This document shows positions 24,048 through 34,104 of a DNA stretch of 64,000 bases, piece after piece (position 1 is the stretch's first letter; every line of letters starts with the position of its first letter). Origin of the DNA: Anthoceros angustus (taxonomy: Eukaryota; Plantae; Anthocerotophyta); assembly GCA_010909165.1 (NCBI GenBank), contig VJWM01000116.1, positions 806,001 through 870,000 of the forward strand, written 5' to 3'. The notes beneath the pieces are model-generated. The model did not search any database. It was not told the DNA's origin and saw only the letters and a program-made list of their open reading frames with translations. Both the position numbers and the translations under genes were made by a program.

Positions 24048-27000
24048 ATGTTGCCTCCCCTGAGCCTGGCTCCCGGGAACGTCAAGGCTCTGCTCTACTG
24101 CCAACGACGAGGCCCGCCTCAGGACTGCCAGGCAGGCCAGGGTGCGTCGGCTGCCGGTGCAGGATTTGGGAGCTGTAGAAGTTGGGCCTTGCACCATCAG
24201 TGGGTGGGTACATTGTCAGGGAAATTTTTCTATCGGTACCAGGATTTTGGAGGCTTGCTTACAGGGGATTTTCCTAGAGTGGTGCCCTTGAGGTGTCAAA
24301 GGTGGAGACAGCGGATACCTGGACGTCGTGAGACCAGGTGCTGCACGTCCATCTCGGACACTGTGGATTCCAAGGGAGATTTTGAAGGACCGGAAGGCAG
24401 TTTGGCTGTGGAGAATCCAAAGGTTGAAGGAGAGGAAGCTGGCAGCTTGGTTTTGGAGAACCCAGACCGTGAAGGACAAGTCGTTGGCAGCTTGACAGTG
24501 GAAGCGGGGGTGGATAGCTCACTGTCTGCAAGTGAGGAGGACACTGCTGCTTCGACTTCTGAGTTAGAGTTTCGAGGTCCCCTCCCTCCTGTGCGAGTCA
24601 GTATTGTTCGCAATATTCTGGAACAGTTGGGGTGGGGCGAGGAGACAGTAGGGGCCCTGGAGCTGCTGGGTGTTAGGTTGGGGCCGAGTCATGTCAGTGA
24701 TATAGTTAAGGAATTGGCAAACTGTGACGTTGCTCTCAGCTTCTTTCAGTGGGCTGGTCGGCAAGATGGGTACCGTCATTCTGCTACATCGTGCAGGGAG
24801 ATGATGGCCAAGCTTGCATCGGCTGGGAGATATGAGCAGATGTGGCAGCTGCTTGAGGATTTGAGAGCTGCCCGCTGTGAGTTGAGAGATGCTTTTAAAA
24901 CCATGATTCTGAGCTTCAGGGGTCCAAGCAAGTGTGGGAACGTGATTGCTGCATTTCGGAGGATTAAGGAATTCGGGACTAAGGCAGATTTGTTAATCTA
25001 CAACCGTGTGATAGACGTTCTTGTAGGATCATGTGACTATCGCTATGCCATTGAGGTTTATCGGGAAATGCTCCAGAGTGATTGTCTGCCAGATACCTTC
25101 ACATGCAACCGCATTATCCTAAGTCATTTTAAGCTAGGTGAAGCTGATGCAGCTAGAGAGATCTATAGCCAGATGGGTGAGAATGGGTGTATCCCTAATA
25201 TGCATACTTATGGAGCAATGGTTGACGGTCTTGTGAAAGCGGGACGAGTATCTGAGGCCCTAGAGCTGTTCTTGCAATCCAAGAAAGCAGGTTTTGACCA
25301 TAGTCTCATCACGTACAATTCTTTGATCAGCGGTTTAGGAATAGTAGGTGATATGGAGCGGTCGTTGGAACTCCTAGAGGACATGAGAAAAGCAGGAGTA
25401 GCTCCCGATGTTGTGACGTATAACTCGGTGCTCAATGGCATGTCCAGAGCAGGTCAGATGGACCGAGCCTTCGAGATTCTTGAAGAACTGACAAAATCAT
25501 GTAGTCCTAGTTTAGTCACTTACACCATACTCATCCGGGGGCTTTGCAAGGCGGGGTTCGTTGACCGGGCCTTCCATCTTGCGGATGAAATGAAGGGAAA
25601 GTTTGGTGCCTCTATTATCACTTACAACATTCTCATAGATGGGCTCAGTAGAATAGGTCATCTGGACAGAGCGTCTGCACTTCTGGAAGAGATCAAAGCA
25701 GAAGGAATTGCACCTGATGTTGTGACCTATGGTACTCTTATTGCGGGATTGTGCAAAGCAGGTAAAACAAGGGAGGCTTACCAGTTGTTTCACAAAATGA
25801 CTCTAGAGGAGATTGTGCCCTCTGTCATCACGTACAACACCCTCTTTGATGGGCTGAGCAAAGCTGGCCAGGTAGATGTTGCCTTCAAGCTATTCCAGAA
25901 AATGAAACAGGCAGGCGCAGCTGCGGATTTGATCTCTTACAACACTCTGATTGGTGCATTGGGCAAGGCAGGCCAACTTGATGAAGCCCGCAAGCTGTTT
26001 GCAGAGGCTGTGCAGAAAGGGTTGAAACCAGATGCCTATACATACTGTGCTCTTCTTGACGGATTGGGGAAAGCCGGCAGAATCAGTGATGCTGTCAGGA
26101 TGATGGAGGAAATGCAGGAGAACAATGTGCCACATAATGTGACGACGTATAATTGCTTCCTTGATGCCCAATGCAAAGTGGGGGCAGTGCGAGAGGCTTA
26201 TGCTCTGTATAGGAAGATGCATGAGGTAGGAGTTAGCCCGGATGTGGTGACCTTCAATATCCTCATTGATGGTTTTGGCAAAACTGATCAAATAGATGAA
26301 GCCCGTGCCTTGCTGACGGAAATGGAAAGGATTAAAATTGCGCCAGACGTTATCTCGTACAGTACCTTGGTTGTTGGCTTGGTGAGAGCAGAGAGGACTG
26401 AGGATGCCTGGCAGGTGTTTAACACAGCAAAAAAAGCAGGAATCACCATTGATGCTGTCACGTACAGCTCCATGATTGATGGCCTTGTGAAGGCAAACCG
26501 AGTTGATGAAGCTTGTTCAATTTTTGATGAGATGAAGTCTGCAGGGATTCACAACATCAGTACTTGTAACTTCCTTGTAGATGGACTATGCAAAGCAGGT
26601 CGATGGGACGATGCCTTCAAGTTGTTTGAGGAAATGAAAACACATACACCACCGAATGTCATCACGTACAGCTGCCTGATTGATAGGCTTGGTAAGTCGG
26701 GAAGAGTGACGGAGGCTGTAAGCCTCTTTAAAGAGATGAAGGAGCAAGGGATTGTGACAAATAATGTCATTTATAACATTCTTATTGATGGGCTTCGGAA
26801 GGCTGGTATGTTAACTGATGCTTTCCAACTGTTCCATGAGATGAAGCAAACCGGGGTGCTTCCGGATCTTTTCACATACAGTGAGCTAATCGATGCTCTT
26901 GGGAAATCAGGCCAAGTAGACAAAGCTGTGGAGCTCTTTGACACCATGAAAGAGGAAGGACTGACCCCAGATCTTGTCACATACAATGCTCTTATCAACA

Positions 27001-27245
27001 GCCTAAGCAGGACTGGTCGCATGGATGGGGCACTGGCCCTGTTTGAGGAGATGAAGAAAAAGAGCTGTGTTCCAGATATTGCCACTTATCAAATGCTCAT
27101 CAATGGACTTGGAAAAGTAGGTCGAATGGCTGAAGCCTGTGCTCTCTTTGACGAGATTGAAGAAAAGGGCTCCTATCCTGAGGTCAATTCTTCCATTGCA
27201 CTAGCTGTCGAAGTGGCCCGTCAGAAAAAAGGAGCTAAAAGGTAG
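24048..27245 (+). CDS. P-class pentatricopeptide repeat protein (~23 repeats), probably organelle-targeted, intronless
   Basis: Tandem 35-aa motifs (DVVTYN.LI.GL.KAG..D.A..LF.EM...G..P). ALSFFQWAGRQDGY pre-PPR motif. No E/DYW or SMR domain. Confidence 0.95.
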   Translation: MLPPLSLAPGNVKALLYCQRRGPPQDCQAGQGASAAGAGFGSCRSWALHHQWVGTLSGKFFYRYQDFGGLLTGDFPRVVPLRCQRWRQRIPGRRETRCCTSISDTVDSKGDFEGPEGSLAVENPKVEGEEAGSLVLENPDREGQVVGSLTVEAGVDSSLSASEEDTAASTSELEFRGPLPPVRVSIVRNILEQLGWGEETVGALELLGVRLGPSHVSDIVKELANCDVALSFFQWAGRQDGYRHSATSCREMMAKLASAGRYEQMWQLLEDLRAARCELRDAFKTMILSFRGPSKCGNVIAAFRRIKEFGTKADLLIYNRVIDVLVGSCDYRYAIEVYREMLQSDCLPDTFTCNRIILSHFKLGEADAAREIYSQMGENGCIPNMHTYGAMVDGLVKAGRVSEALELFLQSKKAGFDHSLITYNSLISGLGIVGDMERSLELLEDMRKAGVAPDVVTYNSVLNGMSRAGQMDRAFEILEELTKSCSPSLVTYTILIRGLCKAGFVDRAFHLADEMKGKFGASIITYNILIDGLSRIGHLDRASALLEEIKAEGIAPDVVTYGTLIAGLCKAGKTREAYQLFHKMTLEEIVPSVITYNTLFDGLSKAGQVDVAFKLFQKMKQAGAAADLISYNTLIGALGKAGQLDEARKLFAEAVQKGLKPDAYTYCALLDGLGKAGRISDAVRMMEEMQENNVPHNVTTYNCFLDAQCKVGAVREAYALYRKMHEVGVSPDVVTFNILIDGFGKTDQIDEARALLTEMERIKIAPDVISYSTLVVGLVRAERTEDAWQVFNTAKKAGITIDAVTYSSMIDGLVKANRVDEACSIFDEMKSAGIHNISTCNFLVDGLCKAGRWDDAFKLFEEMKTHTPPNVITYSCLIDRLGKSGRVTEAVSLFKEMKEQGIVTNNVIYNILIDGLRKAGMLTDAFQLFHEMKQTGVLPDLFTYSELIDALGKSGQVDKAVELFDTMKEEGLTPDLVTYNALINSLSRTGRMDGALALFEEMKKKSCVPDIATYQMLINGLGKVGRMAEACALFDEIEEKGSYPEVNSSIALAVEVARQKKGAKR

Positions 27246-28612
27246 GCTGCTGCAAGATGACTTATCTGAGGCACCATTCACCTGGCACAGGACTTGCCTT
27301 ATGCTCTGAACCCGTTAGTGCCAATGTAGAGGCCCTGCTCTTTGCAGGGTAATTGTCTTGGCCCCTTAACCAGGAGTCTTCGCATCGCGTTTCTAACCTG
27401 AGAATGTCGCCAATTGAGGGATAGCTTCCTGGCCAAGTTTTGATACGGACCTCTGCAGTGACCAGATCTGAAGTAAGAGGAGACATCCATGTGATGTAAG
27501 TTGCTTCTGATCCCCATCCTGATCTATGTTTGAACGCTGGTAAAGAGTCTTCCCCATTCCTGACATCCTGAACTGTCTCGCAGGTCTTCCTAGATAAGCC
27601 GTCGTTTCAACCGCATGACGGTTGTTCCCATCTGACTCTTGAGTGACTCTAGGTTTCTCGTATATGGAGCACAGTTTTGAGTTGAGCCTTTCCATCAATC
27701 CAATTGATGACGTTCTTCATCATTGACAAGCCTGGCATCCTTTGACCCATCCCCAAAGTTGGCCTAAATTGGAATCTTTCATTGCTGAGAAGTCTGTACT
27801 TCAAAATCAAGACAGTTGAACTGATCTTGGTGTATAATCGATCGAGCGGAGCACTACCCCTGTCACTGACCACAGATTTGGGCGCTTGAGTGTGCGCACG
27901 CAGAGCATAATAAGGCCCCCAAATGCCCAGCAGCTCATGTGACCTGAAATGTCTACTCACTCAGCAGTTCAGCTCACTGCATCCTTGTGACGTGATGAAC
28001 AGGACAACTGTGACCCATCGCACCGTATGAAAGAACCATATCCATCTCGATGATTATACCATATTCCAACAAAGCAGTGAATCACATTTGCTCCACAACC
28101 TCGGCGCGGCTTCAATGCATGCTGTCCAAGGCATACCCATTGTGAATCTAAGGCTCAGAAATCTGTCGCAGAGCGATTTTCAACAGATGTGCAATGTCCT
28201 AAGTTGCAGCGGACGACTGTGGTAGTCCAGTGTTGTCCATGAACTTACATACTTCGAATCCTTCGACGGTCACAAGATTCTCGTCCCTTCTTCAGTATGT
28301 TGATGTGGTATAGGCACTGCGGTAGAGATGAAACTAACCTCCAGTTTGAAAATTTGAAGTGGTGTAATGACACCAAACTGGGCTGTGATGGATTAGGCTG
28401 ACTGATTCCTGAAAGATCGCAGAAGATGAATGGCGATCCGGTGTCCACTTGTAACATACAGCCTGCACCAACAGTGTCTCGTCAGCACAGCGCAAACTCC
28501 GCATCCGCACTCGGATAGGAGTATGTGGCCTTCCTCCTGGGATCGCACTTCCCCCACCAGCTCAACCTAGCACTCCAATCTTGCCTGTGAGGAATCTGGG
28601 CTGCTCTGCACG

Positions 28613-28995
28613 ATGTCGGCTGCGCAGGCGCTCTGGAATGGCAAGATCATTGCCGCCACCGACACCTTCGAGACCGTGGAAGGCAACGTCTACTTCCCGA
28701 AATCGGCTGTGAAGATGGAGTTCTTCAAGCCAAGCGCCACACATACCACGTGCCCCTGGAAGGGAGTCGCTTCGTACTACACTGTGGAAGTAGATGGCAA
28801 GCAGAACAAAGATGCCGCCTGGTACTACCCGGAGCCACTGCCTGCTGCCGCCAAAATCAAGGTCCGTTGAGGTCCCGACTCCCCTGCTCTCCATCTCACT
28901 GAACTCAAATCTGTCTTGTGGGTTCCCTGATTTGTGTCACCTACTGGCAGGATCATGTGGCGTTTTGGAAGGGAGTGGAGGTGAAGAAGAAGTGA
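28613..28995 (+). CDS. DUF427-domain protein, 97 aa; exons 28613-28861 and 28951-28995
   Basis: WNGKIIA...VEGNVYFP...THTTCPWKGVASYY...NKDAAWYYPEP...IK|DHVAFWKGVEV; one GT-AG intron. Confidence 0.9.
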
Positions 28996-29499
28996 CCAGC
29001 TCACACAGTGACAGCCTAATACTTATCCCTGCAGCTGGTGAGGAATTGGACCTGAAATCAAGAACGCTTGACGTAGATTAGACAGCAGAAAACTTACATA
29101 GATTGGACCTGTAGCAAAACAGATATAGCCCTCAGCAGTCATCAGTGCTGCTGGCATCCTGCACTTTGCAGTTCGAAAGATATTGTGTACACTTCTTCAC
29201 TGGCTTGAGGACCCGCTCGGTGTCAGTAATATCCCATGCTTTAACAGACTACCTACTCTCTAGCCTGCTCTGCTGTACAGTGTGGAGTCTTCACGGTAGC
29301 GGAAATTGATCGAACCACTTGATGGGCCATTCTGCTTGACTAGATCAAGCTTGGTGGGCTAGAGGAAGCCGTGGCTGATGGTCACTTTGCTTCCCTTGTG
29401 AGAGGAATTCTCTGACGATGTCCAGGTCAGTGCGATTCAGATAGACGCACGTAGGCCCCAGGAAGCAAGTTCGACTCAATAGTGCGCAGGGTAGCTACA

Positions 29500-30120
29500 G
29501 GTCTGTTGCAGTGTCCATGACTCCATATGCTGTGCACAACTCTGGGCCCTATTATTCATCGAAACAGTCCTTCCTGCTGCATACCCTACTCCTCACGGTG
29601 GGACGGTGCACAGCACAGCCCATATCATGGCTTCCATGTGGGCAGCACATGAAATCAAAGAACCACCACAAGGAAGGACGCTGGCTACCATGCCCTACTA
29701 TCATAGCAACTGGTGCAATGGTAGCCCTTCATGACAAGGGGTAGCACCTAAAGAGTCTTCCATGTCCCACAGTTCGGAACAGACACCTTGCAAGGCACAT
29801 CGAATCATGATAAGCAACATGGGCGGTACTGTGGAAGGCATTGCTAGGGAGTAGTCATAACAGGCACTAGAAGCAGATGGAGTGGTTGGGATGCCCGATG
29901 GAAAAGGAGTGAGTCGTGAGAAGAGGAAAGACGAGGGCTCAGCAGTGTACCTATGCATATATGAATGTAATGTGGAGTAGATGTAGCATGGATCATTTAA
30001 GGATGTTCCAAACGAAGCCATGTTCCAAAATGAAGCTATGTACCATAGCCTGGTGCCATATGAGGAGAGCCAAATTAGGAAGGGCCTATCCTTCGAATTC
30101 ATAAGTCTTTGAGCGAGGGA
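29500..30120 (-). mobile_element. Highly decayed CRE-like LINE relic
   Basis: Fragmentary minus-strand peptides HDSMCLARCLFRTVGHG and CGGSL..CCPHGSHD occur in the same order as in the 52 kb copy. Confidence 0.35.
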
Positions 30121-30274
30121 AGTTCAGAGTCGCGATGATCTTAGCTGTTATGATTGGTGCAGGCAGCCGACGGTACACGGTGCTTGGAACTTCAACCTCA
30201 AACGCTACCCAACTCTGTGCAATAAAACCACACACCAGGGAGGAGACCACATCAACTCTTTGGAGTACTCGGAC

Positions 30275-32198
30275 ATGGCCCTTCACAGGAAACAACCTAC
30301 ACATCAGTTCGGATTCCTGCTGCTGTTGGCGATCTTGCTGTGTGGATCTTGTGCAAGGCCTGCAAGGAGTTTCCGCGAGCTCAAGCATGGTCCGCACGGT
30401 GCGGGGATCGGGAGAGGAACGAGGACGCCATCCCACTCATTCATCAAAAGAATGACCACTCTGGAAGCTGACACCTTGGATTCCGCACCTCCCGGCAGCC
30501 AACCAGCACAAGAGCCGTTGGATTCCCCACCTCCAGGCAGCCTACCAGCACAAGAGCGGCTGCAGGATGTGGTGGTGGATTCTTGCGCCAGTAACGTCAA
30601 CATGTCTCCCGACGGCACAATATCTATCAGCCTCGATCAAAATTGCGGTGAACTTCGTGTTCACCCAAAGATTGATGCAAACAGAAGCTTCCCGTTCTTC
30701 TGAATATCGTTGTCGGATTCTGAACTGACGGTTAAGTTTTGCTCTTGCAGGCGGCAAGTTCCATTCCAGGGACAACTTTACTTCCGGCGTCTTCACTGCC
30801 TCGGTCCAAGCACCTTCCAACGCTGCCGGCGTCACCAGCCAATTCCTTGTACCTTCTATTCTTCTTCATTCTCAATTCCTCAAACTCAAAATAAGTTAGA
30901 CATTGCTTTTCGAAGGTGATCGTTAACACGGCCCTCGTTTCGAATTTGATATCCTTCAATGCAGATCGCTTCTTCGGCCGACCAAACACCGCAAGAGGGT
31001 ATTAGTTTTGCTTTTGATGGAGGTAATCCTCGGTGGCTTATAACAAGCTACTCGGTCACCGGGGATAGCATAACTCATGCACAAGTTATAGTGGTGTGGT
31101 TCGACACAACAGCTTCCCCTCATAAATATACTGTCAAATGGGATAGTCATTCCATAGTGTAAGTTTTATATTATTTTATTAAAATAACATAAAATAATAT
31201 AAAATACTATAAGTTTTAATTGATTTTTATTTTTACTGATAGCTAAAATATGTCATTTGTTGCAGATGGTTAGTGGATGATACAGTAGTACGATCGGTTA
31301 TAAATGATGGAAATCAAGCATTTCCAACTAAACCGGGAAGTCTTTATGTTTCAGTGTTTGCCAATGGGAATGAGAAGGCAGGTGGAGTAAATTGGAACAA
31401 TGCACCATTTTATATGACTTTTAGCTCTATATCAATAACTTCTCCATTAGCTGAAGGGATATGGGTCCCTCCTGATATGCAATCGGAACCAACAAATTTA
31501 TTGGATCCGGTTGTTCTTGAATATTGTAGTGACCATGTGGATGTAGACCAAAGTGCCACTTTATATATAGACTTTGACAAGAGTTGTGGTAGTCGTTTTC
31601 ATTCTATTCATCATTTAAGGTATGGTACATTTTCGAGTCTCGTGAAATGTCCAGATGGTAATACAGCTGGTTTGGTAACAAGCTTATATCTTTCTTCTCA
31701 AGAAGGCGATCCTAATCGCGATGAGATTGACTTTGAGTGGCTTGGAAACCAAAAAAATGTTGTCCAAACTAATTTTTATGTTAGTGGCAAAGGGTCACTT
31801 GCTTATCAAGATGTGACCGATCTAGGATTTGATTGTTCTGAACGTTCGCATAGTTACATGATATCTTATACAGACGAACAAATACAGTAAGTGGGCTATG
31901 GTGCAATCGTTGCTTGTGCTAAGAATTGAGGTGATAAATATCTTTCCCATACTAATTGCTTTGTTGTTTCAGATGGTTTGTGGACGGCAAGGTCATACGA
32001 ACTTTGTCAAAAGACCAACAATTATTAATACATGATATGTATCCAAGCCAACCTGTTTATATGTATGGTTCCATATGGGATGCATCTTCCATAGATAACG
32101 GAAGCTGGGTGGGCACTTGGAACGGACAAGGTGCACCTTACCAAGTACAATATAGCAATATCACCCTTAAAGGACAAGTTGTAAAACTTGATGTTTAA
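30275..32198 (+). CDS. Secreted tandem double-GH16 (EG16/XTH-like) protein, ~503 aa; exons 30275-30647, 30751-30848, 30965-31158, 31266-31886, 31973-32198
   Basis: Signal-like FGFLLLLAILLCGSCA. Domain 1 has EGISFAFDG in place of the catalytic motif. Domain 2 has KCPDGNTAGLVTSLYLSSQEGD..RDEIDFEWLG..VVQTNFY..LGFDCS..YGSIWDAS. Exon phases sum to 504 codons. Confidence 0.88.
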
Positions 32199-32558
32199 AA
32201 TCAATTTGACAATTAAGTGTCATGGGGACGGATCACTGCTGGGATGGAGGTCTTACAAGCTAGTTCAAACAGAGCTATTTCTTGAGTATCGGCCTTGTCT
32301 TCGGTCACCGTCGCCAGTAACCGCATCGACACGAGGTCGTGAGTCTTGCAAGCTCCATTTAGGATATAGAATTTCTCATCTTGCAAGCTCCATTTAGGAT
32401 ACAACATTTCTCACCATCACCACACGGAATTTGATCTCTGGAAGTAGGACACTGACAAAAGATTCAGGGCTTTCAAAAGGGGATGATTTGTATCAGTATC
32501 CGAGATACATGTATCATTATGATTATTTGTTTGAAGAAGTCCCATGTATGATGTCTGC

Positions 32559-32680
32559 TGCCTAAGACTCTTAGGGATCCTGTAAATTACATATGATCTC
32601 TGATACCTCAGGCCCTTAGGGATCCTGTAAATTACATATGATCTCTGATGCCTAAGGCCCTTAGGGATCTGTAAATTATA
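32559..32680. repeat. ~44-bp tandem repeat, ~2.7 copies
   Basis: cttagggatcctgtaaattacatatgatctctgat(a/g)cct(c/a)aggcc. Confidence 0.8.
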
Positions 32681-34104
32681 TAGAGCATAAATACCTCATC
32701 AAATTCACACAAAAAGAACGCCACAAAAAGAAAGCTTTGGTGGTGGGAGCTTGTGGGAGCTTTGTTTCTTGCGCTAGGGTTTGTCCTGGCTTCAGATCTC
32801 GGTCCGGTCTCCGGGGAGACTAGGACATGCGATACACATTTTGTTTTGTCTATGTGAAAAGATCGCTGGCGAAATCGAGGTAGATCGTTTTACTGATTTC
32901 CTTGTTTGCCTTGTAGACCACCTAAAGTCGTCCCTGTGAAGAAACGCCCGGACTCTCTCTTTGCGAGTTCATCGTGCGATGCTATAATTCACAATAAATC
33001 GTATAGGTAGTAATGCAGCACATTTCATGATACTCTGTGCAGTCTGCACGTAGAGGTAGGTACGTAGGTAGGTAGGTACATAACGCAATGTCCACAAGAT
33101 CGTAAAACGAAAGAGGTTGCGGTCCGCAGCAGCTTTTGCCCGCCAAAACGTGTCCGTTCACACTTTTCTTCTCACGGCACGTCCCATGGCAGGTTCGCTA
33201 TCCTGATCCGTCCGATCGGGACCTGCGTGGTGCGGAGTTCATCCCCTTGAGCTTATCGTCAGCAATCGTTGGAAGCTTTGGAGGGTCTGGATTCCTGAAG
33301 TTTGAAAGGTTGGGATACTCGACCAAGTCAGCAGGAGAGCTGTTGTGGTGAGCATCAGAAGGGTGGATCGGAGGAGGGAGTGACGGATCCGATGTTGTTT
33401 TGCGGATCTGCGCCTTGCCAGATTCGGTCTTCTTACCAATTCGGGACGTGGGTAATTTGGCAGTGAAGAAGAAGAAGATGAAGAGTGGAAGTGGCAGTAA
33501 TGCCAGGTAGCTGTTGCAGTGGATGGCCTGGGTGGGTGCACAGGCAGGAGACTCGGTGGGAGGTAGCTCTCCTGAGTTAAGTAAGGCCTGTCAACTCCTC
33601 CCGGTAGCCTTGCTGCAATGTGGTCTTGGACATTTTGTGGGAACCAAATTCAATGGTCAGTGGTCAGTCAGTGGGAGTCTGTTTCCTCTCTGACATTGTG
33701 TCGTAGGAATCTGTGGGAATCTGTTCTCATTCGACGTACTCAGTTTGTTCCCAAGGGTGCATGTATAGAGTCCCCTGAATTTGGACTCCCTGTTGGTTTT
33801 TGAAGTTGAAAAGTCAGACTTTGCGGTTCAGGTTCAAGGCAGCTGTCGGTTAGTGATGAGAATGTGCTGATCCCAAGTTCGTTCACATGGTCTGTGTGGA
33901 TCGCCACCGGTGGCGCAGTTCTTTGTGTGAGGAGCGTGAACAACACTGTTCGCTTGACATTATCTTCGCAGTTTGCAGGTTTTGGGAGATATTCTTTGGA
34001 AGCTTATCTATGGGCCACAATCTATTCACACAGTTGCTGAGAAGTGCAAGCCACGAGGCATAAGGGACATCCTTATGTGTGTGGTAGTAGATTAAGGCTG
34101 CAAG

